Of a stretch of DNA of 64,000 nucleotides, positions 12,811 to 23,102 are shown piece after piece (within the stretch, counting starts at the first letter, position 1; each line of letters starts with the position of its first letter). The DNA is from Scenedesmus sp. PABB004 (taxonomy: Eukaryota). The DNA lies in contig JABVCE010000013.1 of assembly GCA_014905635.1 (NCBI GenBank), forward strand, positions 496,001 to 560,000, read 5' to 3'. The notes under the pieces were generated by a model. That model was not told where the DNA came from and searched no databases. It saw only the letters and a list, made by a program, of their open reading frames with translations. The position numbers and the translations under genes are program-made.

Positions 12811-13535
12811 GCGCGCTCCGGCGGCCGCGGGCGGCTGCTCATTGCAGGCGATCTCTGACGTCCTCGCCGGCAGACTGCCAGGTGCGGCGCGGAGCGCGCG
12901 CGGGGCCGGCGCGGGCCGGGGGAAGGGCTTCGCATGTGTTGGCGCCAAGCGCGGCCGCGGGGCGCCCCCACGGCCCGCCGCGCCGCCGCGGCCTGCGCGG
13001 CGGCCGGCCCCGGCGGCGGGGCGCCCGGGGCGCGACGCTCATTGGCGGCCGGGCCCCGCGCCTGCCGCGGGCGCGCGCCAGCGCCGCGCCCGCCTGCGTC
13101 ACCCAGCGTGGCGCCGCGGCGCTGCTGCCGTGCGCCCGGTGGCCCGGCGCGGCCGGCCCGGAGGCGCACGGCGCGCGCGGCGGCGCTGCCGGGGGCAGGG
13201 CAGGGCGGGAGGGTGGCGCGGCATCCCGGTTGACCCGCCGGGCGCGCCCGGGGCACGGCGCGCCGCCCGGTGTCAGCGCCGGGCGGATGCCGGCCGACGG
13301 CGGATCGGTGGCGCCGCGGCGCGGGCGCGGCACGGGCTCGGAAGCCGGTGCAGCCCCTCCCCCGCCGCGCTGGCAGCGCGGCGCCGGCCGGGCGGGCCCT
13401 GGCGGGCGTGCGGCCGCTCCGACGCGCGGGACGGCGCGATCAACTCACCCTGCGCCCGCCCGCGCCGCCCCGCCCGCCCGCCCGCGCCGCAGGCGCGCTT
13501 TGGCGCCATCTGCGTTCCGCCGGCCAGCGCGCGCC

Positions 13536-15170
13536 ATGGCGGGCGCGTGCGGCCAGTGTGTGGCGCTGCCGGGTGACGCCTTCGCCGCGGCGGCGCACGG
13601 CGCGTGCGGCGGCGACGCGCGGAGCCTGATCGCGGCGGCGGCGCTGCTGCGCAAGCGCGGCGGCCTCGCCGCGGCGGCCGACCCGCTCGCGGCGGGCAGC
13701 CGCTCGGGCAGCCCCTACCTGGGCCCCGCGGACGCCAACAACGCCACCGGCGCGCTCGACGGCGTCGCCGCGATGACGCTGGGCCCCGCGGCGGCGGCGC
13801 CGCCCGGCGCCGCCTGCTGCGGCGGGCAGCCGGGCACGCCGGCGGCGCGCCACCACCAGCTCAGCGGCGCCGGCTGCGACAGCAGCCAGTGCAGCCACAG
13901 CAGCGCGCGCACGGGCGGGCAGGAGGCCGCGGGCGCGCCGGCGCCCTCTGCGCCGGCCGCGCCTGCGGCCGCGCCCGCGCCCGCGCCGCCGGCGGCGCTG
14001 CCCGCGCCGGCGGTGCCGCCGGGCACGGCGGGGTCGCCCAAGAGCTGGCTCTACCAGCTCGTGAGCTGCCCGTACCTGTTCAAGCCCTGCTCGCGCTGCG
14101 CGCCGAGCCACAGCGGGCGCGAGGCGCTCATCACGTTCTTTGACCCCGACGCGCCGGCGGCGGGCTTTTGCTCCTACTGCCCCGCCCGCGCGGGGCGGCC
14201 GCGGCTGCTCCAGATCCGGCGCTCCACGTACCACGAGGTCGTCAAGGCCGCCGACGTGTCGCGCCTCGCCGACGTTGGGGGCGTGCAGCACTACGTCATC
14301 AACGGCGCCAAGGTGCGGCGCAGCGGCCGCGGGGGCGCGGGGCTCTGCCGTGCGCGCCCCGCCCCCTGCCGCCGCAGCGCCGCCGCTCACTCGCGCGCCC
14401 GCGCCGCGCGCGCCCGCCAGGTCGTCTTCCTGCGCCCGCGCCCGCAGCCGCGCCCGCCCAAGGGCGCCGCCGCGCCGGCGCGCTGCGCCGTGGACGGGCG
14501 CCAGCTCATGGACGGGCACGCGAGCTACTGCTCGCTGCGCTGCAAGCTGGAGGTCGAGGACGCGCTCTTTGCGGCGCACTACCCCACGGCGGCGGAGGAG
14601 GCGGAGGCCGCCGCCGCGGCCGCGGCAGAGGGCGGGCCCGCCGCCGACGCGCGCGGGGCGGGGCTCGCGGGCACGTTCCACCGCCAGGGCGGGCACGAGG
14701 GCCGCCGCGTCGTCGTGCCCGGCCACAAGCGCGCCGCGCCGGCGACGCCGCCGCCCGACGCGTGCGGCGGCGGCGCCGACGACGCGAGCAGCGAGGAGGG
14801 CGACGCGGAGGCCAAGCCGCGCCACAAGCGCGCGCGCACGCTGCCCAGCAAGTTTGCCAACGCCGTGCTCGGCGGCGGCAGCGCGACCTTCCAGGCGGCC
14901 AGCGGCGGCGGCGGCGCGCCACCGCACGGCCCCGCGCACCGGGCCGGCGGCGGCGGCCAGCACGCCGGCCGCGCCGGCGCGCACCACCAGGCGCACCGCG
15001 CGGACGACACCGCGAGCGACCAGGCGGCCGGCTCGCTCAGCTTCGGCGGCGGCGGCGCGGCGCGCGCCAGCCCCTGCGCGTCCGAGGACTCGGCGCGCAG
15101 CAGCACGTGCAACCAGCGCTGGCACCACAAGCGCAAGGTCGTGCACCCCTGCCGCGCGCCGCTGCAGTGA
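13536..15170 (+). CDS. PLATZ-family transcription factor (intron 14313-14420)
   Basis: LLQIRRSTYHEVVK, VQHYVINGAK|VVFLRPRPQ, YCSLRCK and C-terminal KRKVVHPCRAPL; start codon uncertain. Confidence 0.88.
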   Translation: MAGACGQCVALPGDAFAAAAHGACGGDARSLIAAAALLRKRGGLAAAADPLAAGSRSGSPYLGPADANNATGALDGVAAMTLGPAAAAPPGAACCGGQPGTPAARHHQLSGAGCDSSQCSHSSARTGGQEAAGAPAPSAPAAPAAAPAPAPPAALPAPAVPPGTAGSPKSWLYQLVSCPYLFKPCSRCAPSHSGREALITFFDPDAPAAGFCSYCPARAGRPRLLQIRRSTYHEVVKAADVSRLADVGGVQHYVINGAKVRRSGRGGAGLCRARPAPCRRSAAAHSRARAARARQVVFLRPRPQPRPPKGAAAPARCAVDGRQLMDGHASYCSLRCKLEVEDALFAAHYPTAAEEAEAAAAAAAEGGPAADARGAGLAGTFHRQGGHEGRRVVVPGHKRAAPATPPPDACGGGADDASSEEGDAEAKPRHKRARTLPSKFANAVLGGGSATFQAASGGGGAPPHGPAHRAGGGGQHAGRAGAHHQAHRADDTASDQAAGSLSFGGGGAARASPCASEDSARSSTCNQRWHHKRKVVHPCRAPLQ

Positions 15171-16757
15171 GGCGCGCGCGCGCGCGCCTGCCTCCCCCAT
15201 GATCTAGGCTTCTGTTGTGGGTGGCTGCGGTGACCTCGGCCGGCCGGGCGGCCATTCTTGTACACATCCCGGGCGGCGGCGCGTGACGCGCGTGTGTGTG
15301 TGCATTGGCCGCGCAGAGCGGCGCCCCCTGAACACCACCCCCAGGGGCGTCTGTCTAGTACTGTCTGTCTGATGGCGCGCGAACAGTCGCGCGGCGTGCA
15401 CGCGTGGCCGCGCATCGTCACACAGCACCCCAGAGTTTGCGCACCAGTCGGCGTCCCCTGTGCCTTTTGCCTCGCCCCTTGCACGCGGCATCGTCGGCCG
15501 CTGGTCAGCACTTGTGCGTGGCTTCGTCTCGTCTCGTTTAAAGTCGGCCGCGGCGCGTCCGCTGGAACAAGCGGGCGCGCGCGCGCGCGCGCACGGCGCA
15601 GCGCGGGGTGCAGCAGCCTGCACGCCCGCCCGCGGCCGCGGCGGTGGTGGTGGTGCCCCGCGGAGCAGCGTCACCGCTCGCGGCGGCGTGGCGTGGGGGG
15701 TCGTCGATTTGTCGGTCACGGTCGCGGCGGCGCGCTGCCGCTGCCCCGATGTACCATCACGTGTATGCCAGCAGATTCTTTCCGGGAGGGAGGAGGGCGG
15801 CGGGGCCAGGGGGGGGAGGTCACGTTCCGGGTTCTGCAAGAAGGGCCGCGGGCCGGGCCGGGGTGGGCCTCCGGGGGGCGGTGCGTCGTCGTCGTCGGCG
15901 CGTGTTCGGCTGTGGGCAGGTGCGGCTGTCCGCCGCGGGGGCCCGGCGGTTGGGTGGTTGCCTCGGGGGGCCGCGGGGCCGCGTGTCTCTCTGCCCTCAG
16001 CGGCAGGCCAGCACTGCTGCGCCTCGGCGCGCGTCGCGGGGGGTCGTGGCTGTCTGTTGACTCGCGCCTGCTTGCCGCGAGGCATGTGCGGCTGGGGCTG
16101 GATTGAGCCGCCGGCGGGGCTGCGGGTATTTCTTTGGCGGTGGCACCCTTGCACTCACAGCAGCGGCGGCGCGGCCCGCGGCGCTGCCACTCCACGTGCG
16201 GCGCGTGCGCAAGGCAGCGAGCGCGAGGCTGCGCCGCCGCTGCGCCAGCGCCGGCCGCGGCGCGCCCCCAGCCGTGCACCAGCACCTGGCGGCGCGCGCG
16301 GGCTGTGTGCGTGTGTGTGTCTGTGCGTGCGTGGGCACTTGCGAGGCAGGCGTCGTCGCGCAGGAGGGGAGGGACGGCGGAGGAGGACGGAGGAGGAGGG
16401 ACGGAGGCGGTCGCACGGCGGTCGCACGGGTGTGTGTGATGATGATCGGGATTGCGGGTTGCTCGGAGGAGGTTGCTCGTGCGCGTTGCAACAGGCAGGG
16501 AGCCGCCGCCTGCCCGCCCTCTCTCTCGCGACGCAGCGGCCGTCACACGGCGTCGCCGTGTCAGCGCCGCCCAAACATCGCTGCGCGCCGCCGATGCCAG
16601 GAAAAGATGGGTACAGGGCCCGCGCGCGAGACCTCGGTGGTTGTTGTACATGCGGGCAGCCCGCGCGGGCAGCCCGCGCTCCGCGCCAAAATCAATCGCT
16701 CCCCCCTGCCGCCCCCCAAAACTGCGCCGCGCGCTCCCCCGAGAGAGAGAGGCGGCG

Positions 16758-18471
16758 TCACCACGTCTCGGCGCCGTTGTCCTTGCCGCCCCAGCCCAGG
16801 CCGCTGCCGGGCTTGGCCGCAAAGCTGACCGAGCGCTCCACCTCCAGCTTCACCTCCATGCCGCGCAGGCTGTAGCCGACCTGCGGGCGCGCGCGGGGCG
16901 GCAGCGGGGGCGGCGTGAGCGCGCGCGCGCGGTGCGCCCGCGGCGCGCGGCACCGCCGCGCCCCGCCCACCGCCGCGCCGCCCGCCGCCGCGCGCGGCGC
17001 TGCCAGCGCGGCGCTGCTTGCTCACCACCATGAGCCAGAACATGAGCTTGGCGAGCTCCTGCGCGGTGCAGTCGCTGCCCGCGCGCGCGAGGCTGTCGCG
17101 GTCGCCCGTGCCCATGAGCCGCGCGACAAAGACGTCCATCGCCGCCCCGACCTCGGGCGACGCGCTCGACGTGAGCTCCGCCATGCCCGGCGCGTCGAGG
17201 CGGCGCAGAAAGTCCAGCAGCTCGTTGCCGCCCGGGTCGTCCAGCACCAGCAGCCCGCCGCCGGGGCCGCCGCGACCGCCGTGCGACGGCTGCAGCGCGT
17301 GCGCGCCCGTCGGCACGAGCTGCCCGCCGCCCGCCGCCCGCTGCCGCTGCTCCGCCAGCTCCTGCAGCGCCGCCGCGCCCGGCGGCGGCAGCGCGGGCGG
17401 CGGCGGCGGCTGCGGCCGCGCGCCCGGCAGCGCCGGCGGCGGCTGGCGGTCGAGCTGCTGGCGCAGCCGCGCGACCTCGCCCTCCAGCAGCTGGATGTAG
17501 CTCACCGCGTCCAGCGTCTCCAGCCCGTTCTCCTTGTGCCACAGCAGCACGTCGCCCTGCACGCGCGACTTCTGCACGCCCGGCGCGTACGTCTCGTCGT
17601 CAAACACGCTGCCCGCGGCCGGCGCCGCCGCGCCGCGCGCCGGCGCGCCGCCCGCCGCCGGCGCGGCCGCGGCCGCGACCGCCGCCGCCGCGACGACGCC
17701 GCCGCCCGGCGCGCCCGCGCCCGCGCCGCCGGCGCCGGCGCCGCCGTCTGCGTCGCCGCCGAGCGCGCCGCGCAGGTCGAGGCGGTACTGCGCGTTGCGG
17801 AAGAGGTATCCCGTCATCAACACACTCAGCATCAGCTGGCTGAGGTTGTCGCCGACGGTCGAGATCGTGACGGTGAAGAACGCGGGCGGGAGCGTGCCGA
17901 GCATGTTGGTGATCGTGCTCCGCATCGCCGCGACGACCGCGGGCGGGCCGAGCTCCACGAAGCGCTCCATCAGCGCCGGCTGCACCTCGCGCACGTACTG
18001 CACGAGCAGGCGCCGCTTCTCGGCCGACTGCGGCGGGGCGGCGGGCGCGGCGCGGCGCCGGGCGCGGCGACGGGCGCGGCGGCGTGAGCGCCCGCCGGGC
18101 GCGGCAGGCGGAGGAGGACCGCGCCGCGCCACGACAGCCATGGCGGCCGTCCCACAGGCACGCCCGCGGCGCGCGCGGCGGGCGCTGCTGCCTCTGGTGG
18201 CCCCAGGTCCTCCCACCTCGCGGGAGGCGCCTCCCGCCTCGCCGGCGCCGCTGAGGCTGGAGGCCAGCACCACGGCGCTGCGGGGCTGCCTGCAAGGCCG
18301 CCGCGGCGCGCCCCGGGCCCGCAATCTGCCCGCATCGCGCGCGCCGGGCGCGGGCCGGGCACCGCTGGCGCGCTGGGGCTTGCCGCCCGCCCCCGACAGC
18401 CGGCAGGGCTCGCAGGCGCCGCTGCCGGCCTTGGATGCGGCCGGATGCAGCGGCAGCGGCAGCGCAAACAT
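16758..18471 (-). CDS. DUF760-domain protein, probably plastid-targeted, 3 exons
   Basis: LVQYVREVQP...AMRSTITNMLGTLPPAFFTVTISTVGDNLSQLMLSVLMTGYLFRNAQYRL and second repeat NELLDFLRRL...LAKLMFWLMV|VGYSLRGMEVK. Confidence 0.88.
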
Positions 18472-18675
18472 GGCGCTCGCGGCCGCGCCTGCGCACGCAC
18501 GGCGCGGCCCCCGCGCTGCTCTCGAGACCGGTGGGCGGCGCCGCTGCAGTCGGCTGTGCAAGCGACGGCGGGAGCGCTTGATTTACGCGCGTGTGCCAGA
18601 ACCTCACGCCCGTCGTTCTGGTTCATCGCGTCCACCACTCCCTGAGCCCGGCCCCCCACCCGCGCCACGCCCGCC

Positions 18676-18713
<38 letters not shown>

Positions 18714-18749
18714 CCGGCGGCGCCGCCGCGGCGCACGGCAGCAGCAGCG

Positions 18750-19631
18750 ATGGGCGCCGCGGCCAGCCGGACCTACGCGGCCGCCGAGGCGGCGGCCAGG
18801 GCAGCCCCCGGAGCGGCGCGGTCCGCCGGCGCGGTGGCGCGGGACGCCGAGCTCGGTGCGCCGCGCGGCGCGGCCGCCGCCGCTGCTGCTGCGCGCTGGC
18901 GCCGCTGCGTGGTGCGGCTCACGCGCGCCGCCGCCGCCGCCGCCGCCGCTGCCCGCGGGGCGCGCAGTCGCGGCGCAGCAGGCGCGGCGCGCGCCGCTGT
19001 CGCTGGAGGAGGAGGAGGCGCTGGAGGGCAAGGACGCGGAGCTGGGCTCGCTGCTCGACCGGCTCGGCGGCTCGATACAGGGCGCCGCGGTGCACGTCAC
19101 GCCCACGCAGGCGCGCGCGCGCGCGCACGCCCGCCGCGCGCCGGCGGGGCGCCGACGCCCTCCCGCCTGCCCCGCGCGCCGACGCCCCGCCGCCCGCCCG
19201 GCGCGCCGCCGCAGCCGCTGGCCGCGGCCGTGCGCAGCAGCGCGGGCCGGCTGCCGGCGGCGGCGGTCAAGGAGCTGTTTGAGCTGCAGGCGCGCGCGGC
19301 GGGCGGGCCCGTGGACGCGAGCGCGCTCCTCGCCAAGTGCGGCGCGCGGCGCGCGGCGCGCGCCAGGCGCGCACCCGCGGCCGTGGCACCCGCGGGCTGC
19401 CCGCCGGGGGCCGCCCGCCGCCCTGACGTGCCGCGGCGGCCCGCGCGGCGCGGCGCGGCGCGCAGGTACAAGGCCGACCCCCAGCTGGTGGCCGCGGTGC
19501 TGTCGCACGCCTGCCTGCCGGAGCTGGTCGAGGCGAGCGGCGCGGCGGGCGTGGAGGCGTTCGCGCAGTGGCCGGCCTGGTTCCGGCGCCGCGCGCCCGC
19601 GCCCGACCCGGGCGACGACGGCAGCAGCTGA
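18750..19631 (+). CDS. NDUFAF4-like complex I assembly factor (putative), 4 exons
   Basis: N-terminal MGAAAS (myristoylation-type), EGKDAELGSLLDRLGGSI, then GRLPAAAVKELFEL...VDASALLAK|YKADPQLVAAVLSHACLP; layout resembles the NDUFAF4/UPF0240 family as recalled. Confidence 0.6.
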   Translation: MGAAASRTYAAAEAAARAAPGAARSAGAVARDAELGAPRGAAAAAAAARWRRCVVRLTRAAAAAAAAARGARSRGAAGAARAAVAGGGGGAGGQGRGAGLAARPARRLDTGRRGARHAHAGARARARPPRAGGAPTPSRLPRAPTPRRPPGAPPQPLAAAVRSSAGRLPAAAVKELFELQARAAGGPVDASALLAKCGARRAARARRAPAAVAPAGCPPGAARRPDVPRRPARRGAARRYKADPQLVAAVLSHACLPELVEASGAAGVEAFAQWPAWFRRRAPAPDPGDDGSS

Positions 19632-19853
19632 GGCGGGGGCCAGCCTGGCCCCGCAAGCGAGTGAGCCACGGGGACCGTCCAGCAGCCAGCCGGCCGCCAG
19701 CCGCCCTCCGTGGCTGGGCCGGCGGCGCACGGGCGGTGTCGCCGCAGTGCAGGTGGGCGCGTGCAGGAGGCGGCTGCTGCGGCGGGGCCCCGCGGTTGGC
19801 CGGCGGGGGCTGACAGCGCCGCTCTGCCGCGCTGCCGCGCAGCGGGTGCATCG

Positions 19854-20548
19854 GGGTCGCGTTGTGAGCAAAAGCGGGGCCTGGAGCTGCGTGCTGGCGC
19901 TGCGCGCGTGCATGGAGCCACGCGGCGTCGAGCTCTGCACCGCCACGCGGCGGGCGCGGCGGCATGCCCGCAGAGCGGCTCACGCGCGGTGACGCGCGCC
20001 CGTGGGACAGCCCTAAACCCGGCGCTCACGGCCCGGACGCCGCGCCGCCGGCGGCCGGTGCTGCCTGCAACGACGCGCACTGCCCCGGCGCCGCCCGCGG
20101 GGCGCCGCCGCCCGGGCCGGCCAGCGCGGCCAGCGGCGGCGGCGGCCGGCGATCGCGCAGGGGGCGCCGCCGGCGCGCGGGGCGCGCCCCCGCGTCGTGG
20201 CCCGGCGGGCGCCGCAGCCAGGGCGGGCGGCGGTGGGCCGCGGCGGCGCGGCCGACGGCGGCTCGCGCTGTGCGACAGGCGGGGCGCGGCGGCGTCGAGC
20301 ATCGAGCGGCTTACAGCCATCCCCCCGGCGTGGCCCGGCGGCGCAGCGCCGTCAACTTGCCAGATGTGCAGCCGGCGGCGCTCCACGCGCGCCGGCGGCG
20401 GCAGCAGGCACGAACGTGAGCTCACGGCGCGCCGTACGCGCCGGGCGCCCCCGGCTCGCCGTACGCGCCGGGCGTCGGCATGGGCTCGGCGCCGACCGGC
20501 GCGGGCGCCAGCAGGGCCGCCGTGTCGAGCGGCACCTCGGCCGGGGCC
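19854..20548 (-). repeat. Inverted repeat arm B (3' coding end plus 3' UTR of gene 20422-21499)
   Basis: Reverse complement of 12095-12810; contains the stop codon at 20422-20424 and TGTAA on the minus strand at 20311-20315. Confidence 0.93.
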
Positions 20549-21499
20549 GCGGCCGCGGCCGGCGCGAGCACCCGGCCGTCGGGGCACGTGAGGTTGGCGG
20601 CCGGCACGGTCAGGTTGGCGCAGCGCGTGGCGGCCCCCAGCAGCGCAGGCACGAACGGCTCGGCCTGCGCGGCCTGCTCCGCGGTGGCGTTGCACACGAG
20701 CCCCAGGACCACGGGCAGGCAGTCCTGCGCCGCCAGCTGCGGCGGCGCGCGCGGGCGGGCGCGGCGGCGCGTGAGCGCTCGAGCGCTGGCGCAGGGCCGG
20801 GCCCTCGGCGCCGCGCGGCGGGGCAGCCCCGCACCTTGCGCATCTCCGCCGCGCACGCCGCGCTGCAGCAGCCGCGCTGGACGCCGAGCGTACCGTCGAA
20901 CGCGCACGTCGCCAGGCTGGTGGCCTGCGCGCTGCACGCCGAGGGCGGCGCCGCGCTGACGAGGGGCGCGAGCGCCGAGACGAGGCCGCTCGTGTTTAAC
21001 TGCTCCGGCGGCCAGGGCACGTTGGGCACGGGGCAGTCGCTCGTGATGTTGGCCACGATCAGCGCGGGGTCAAACGTGGCGTTGGCCGCCGTCGCGTTGG
21101 CCGCCGTGGTGTTGGCCGCCGTCGCGTTGAGCGGCGGCGCCGTGGCGTTCAGCGGCGCCGCCGTGGCGTTGCCGGCGCTCGGCGCTGTCGCGTTGAGCTC
21201 CGCGGGCTGCGCGCGGTGCAGGGCGGCGGTTAACGTTGGGTGCGCACGCGCGACGGGGGCCGCCGCAGCCAGCCGCGCTCGCGACCGGCAGCCGGACGTG
21301 CGGGCGCGGGCCAGGGCGGGCGCGGGGCGCCGCCGAGGGCGCCGCGGCGCGGGGCCAGCTAGCAGCAGCCGGCCGCGCTCGCGGCCGCCCCCCGGCGCGC
21401 CCGGCGCCTGGGCGCCCAGGCGCGCACCGCGGGCGCTTGAGCGGCAGCCAGGGCGGCCGCCAGAAGCAGCGCCAGGGCGGGGAGCGCGCGCGGGGCCAT
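20422..21499 (-). CDS. Secreted 10-Cys family protein B with N-x-T repeat stalk
   Basis: Signal peptide MAPRALPALALLLAAALAAAQA; repeats LNATA/GNATA/ANTTA; domain FDPALIVANITSDCP...LATCAFDGTLGVQRGCCSAACAAEMRK|LAAQDC...LLGAATRC. Confidence 0.82.
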
Positions 21500-21763
21500 C
21501 GCTGCGCGGTCGCGGCGGGTGCGGGCGGCGGGCGCGGCGGCGGCGGGCGTGGCGGGCGCGCGGCGTGGGGCTGCTGCAGGGGCGCGCTGTGGCGCTGGGG
21601 GCGCCGGTTTGGGGCGGAGGGAGCGAGCTCAGAGAGCGAAGTGTTACTGTCGTACTGTCGTAACCCGCCGGCGGCCGAACCGCCGTCCGTCGCTGCACAA
21701 CGGCCCCGAGCGCCGTCGGTCAGGGCGCTCCCCTGCTCACCGCCGCCCGGCGGCGCTCCCTGC

Positions 21764-22664
21764 TCACCGCCGCCCGGCGGCGCCGATCTCGTCGGGCGTC
21801 GCGAGCGGCACCTCGCGCCGCGGGCTCGGCGGGAGCAGCGCAAAGGGGTCGGGCGGCACGACGTCGCGCTGCGTCACGTTGGCAGGCCCCTGCGCGGCGC
21901 TGCCGTTGGCCGGCGCGCCCGCAGTACTGCCGCCGCGCGCCAGCGCGCTGGCGTTGCGCTCGGCGGCCGCCGCCAGCGCGGTGAGGTTGAGGCCGCCCGT
22001 GGCGTTCAGGGGCAGCAGGTCGCCGGCGCTGCCGCGCAGCAGCTCGCACGCCGGCCACACGCCGCTGCAGCGCCCCGCGGCCCCGAACAGCGCGGCGCGC
22101 GCGGGCCCGGGGCGCAGCCCGCGGGGGCCGCACGCTGCCTCGAGGAAGCGCCGGTAGCAGCGCCGCCCCGCGCCGGTGACCAGGGCCTGCGCACGTGCAC
22201 AGGGGGCCGGCGGGCGCTGGCAGGCGCGCGCGCGCGCGCGGGCGCCGCCGCGGCACGGCCGCGCCGCACCTCCTGCAGCCGCGCCGCGCAGGCCAGGGTG
22301 CAGCAGCCGCCGTCGGCGACGGCGAGGCTGCCGTCGTCGGCGCAGACGGCCAGCCGCGGCAGCGCGCGCGCGCAGGCGTCGCGGTCACCGGCCGCCGCGG
22401 CGGCGAGCGGCGCGAGCGCGCCGGGGCCGAGCGCGGTCGCGTTTGCGCGCGGCGTGCAGGCACCGAGCGGGCAGTCGCTCAGGTCGGCGACCAGCAGGTC
22501 CGGCCGCGCCGGCTGCGCGCGCGCCTGTGCGGGCGCGGGGCGGTGGTGGGTGCGGCCTCCAGCGCTGCGCCGCCGCCCGCCGCCGCGCCGCGCCTCACCA
22601 CGAGCGCGGCGCAGGCCAGCAGCAGGCAGGCGATGCCTGGGCGGCGGCCACGGGGGCACGGCAT
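21764..22664 (-). CDS. Secreted 10-Cys family protein A
   Basis: MPCPRGRRPGIACLLLACAALV|ARAQ signal; DLLVADLSDCP...LAVCADDGSLAVADGGCCTLACAARLQE|ALVTGAGRRCY...LFGAAGRCSGVWPAC. Confidence 0.8.
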
Positions 22665-23102
22665 GGCGCAGGCTGCAGGCAGCCGCGCGCGCCGACGGCG
22701 CTACTCGATCGCCGCGCCCGCCGGCGGCGGCGCGACCTCGGCGGCGCGGCGCGCGGGCGGAGAGTGATGCCCTCGCGCGGAGGCGTGGAGCGGGCCAATG
22801 GGCGGGGAGCGCCGCCGTGGCAGGTGCGGGCGCGCCAGCGGGCGGGGTCCCGCTGCGGCGGCTGAGCGTGTGAGGCTGCTGCGGTGCGGGACCGGCCCTG
22901 ACGCGCGCCAGCACACGCTAGCCGCGCGCCGGGCGACGCACGCTCCCGCGCAGCCTGCGCCGCGCGCGCGAAAGTCAGCGCCGCCCGCCTGCCTGGTCCC
23001 CGCCAGCTGCCCGCATCTGCCTGCTCGACCGCGCCCTGCCACCTCTTGCGTCGGACTGCGGCCTCCGGGAAACTTGCCTGCGCCGCGCGCGCGAGCAGCG
23101 GC

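Noticed and set aside
10213..12948. Very long Ala/Arg/Pro/Gly ORFs (e.g. 10213-12948 -, 53114-56596 -, 28933-31197 +)
   Set aside because: Expected from stop-codon scarcity at this GC content. They are antisense or off-frame shadows of recognisable genes and carry no motifs.
15171..16757. Possible gene or ncRNA in the long PLATZ-DUF760 convergent gap
   Set aside because: The ORFs have no coding-like composition or motifs. The region is consistent with long 3' UTRs.
12095..20548. Inverted repeat as terminal inverted repeats of a DNA transposon carrying host genes
   Set aside because: No transposase inside and no target-site duplication found. The arm sequence is the 3' end of a resident gene.
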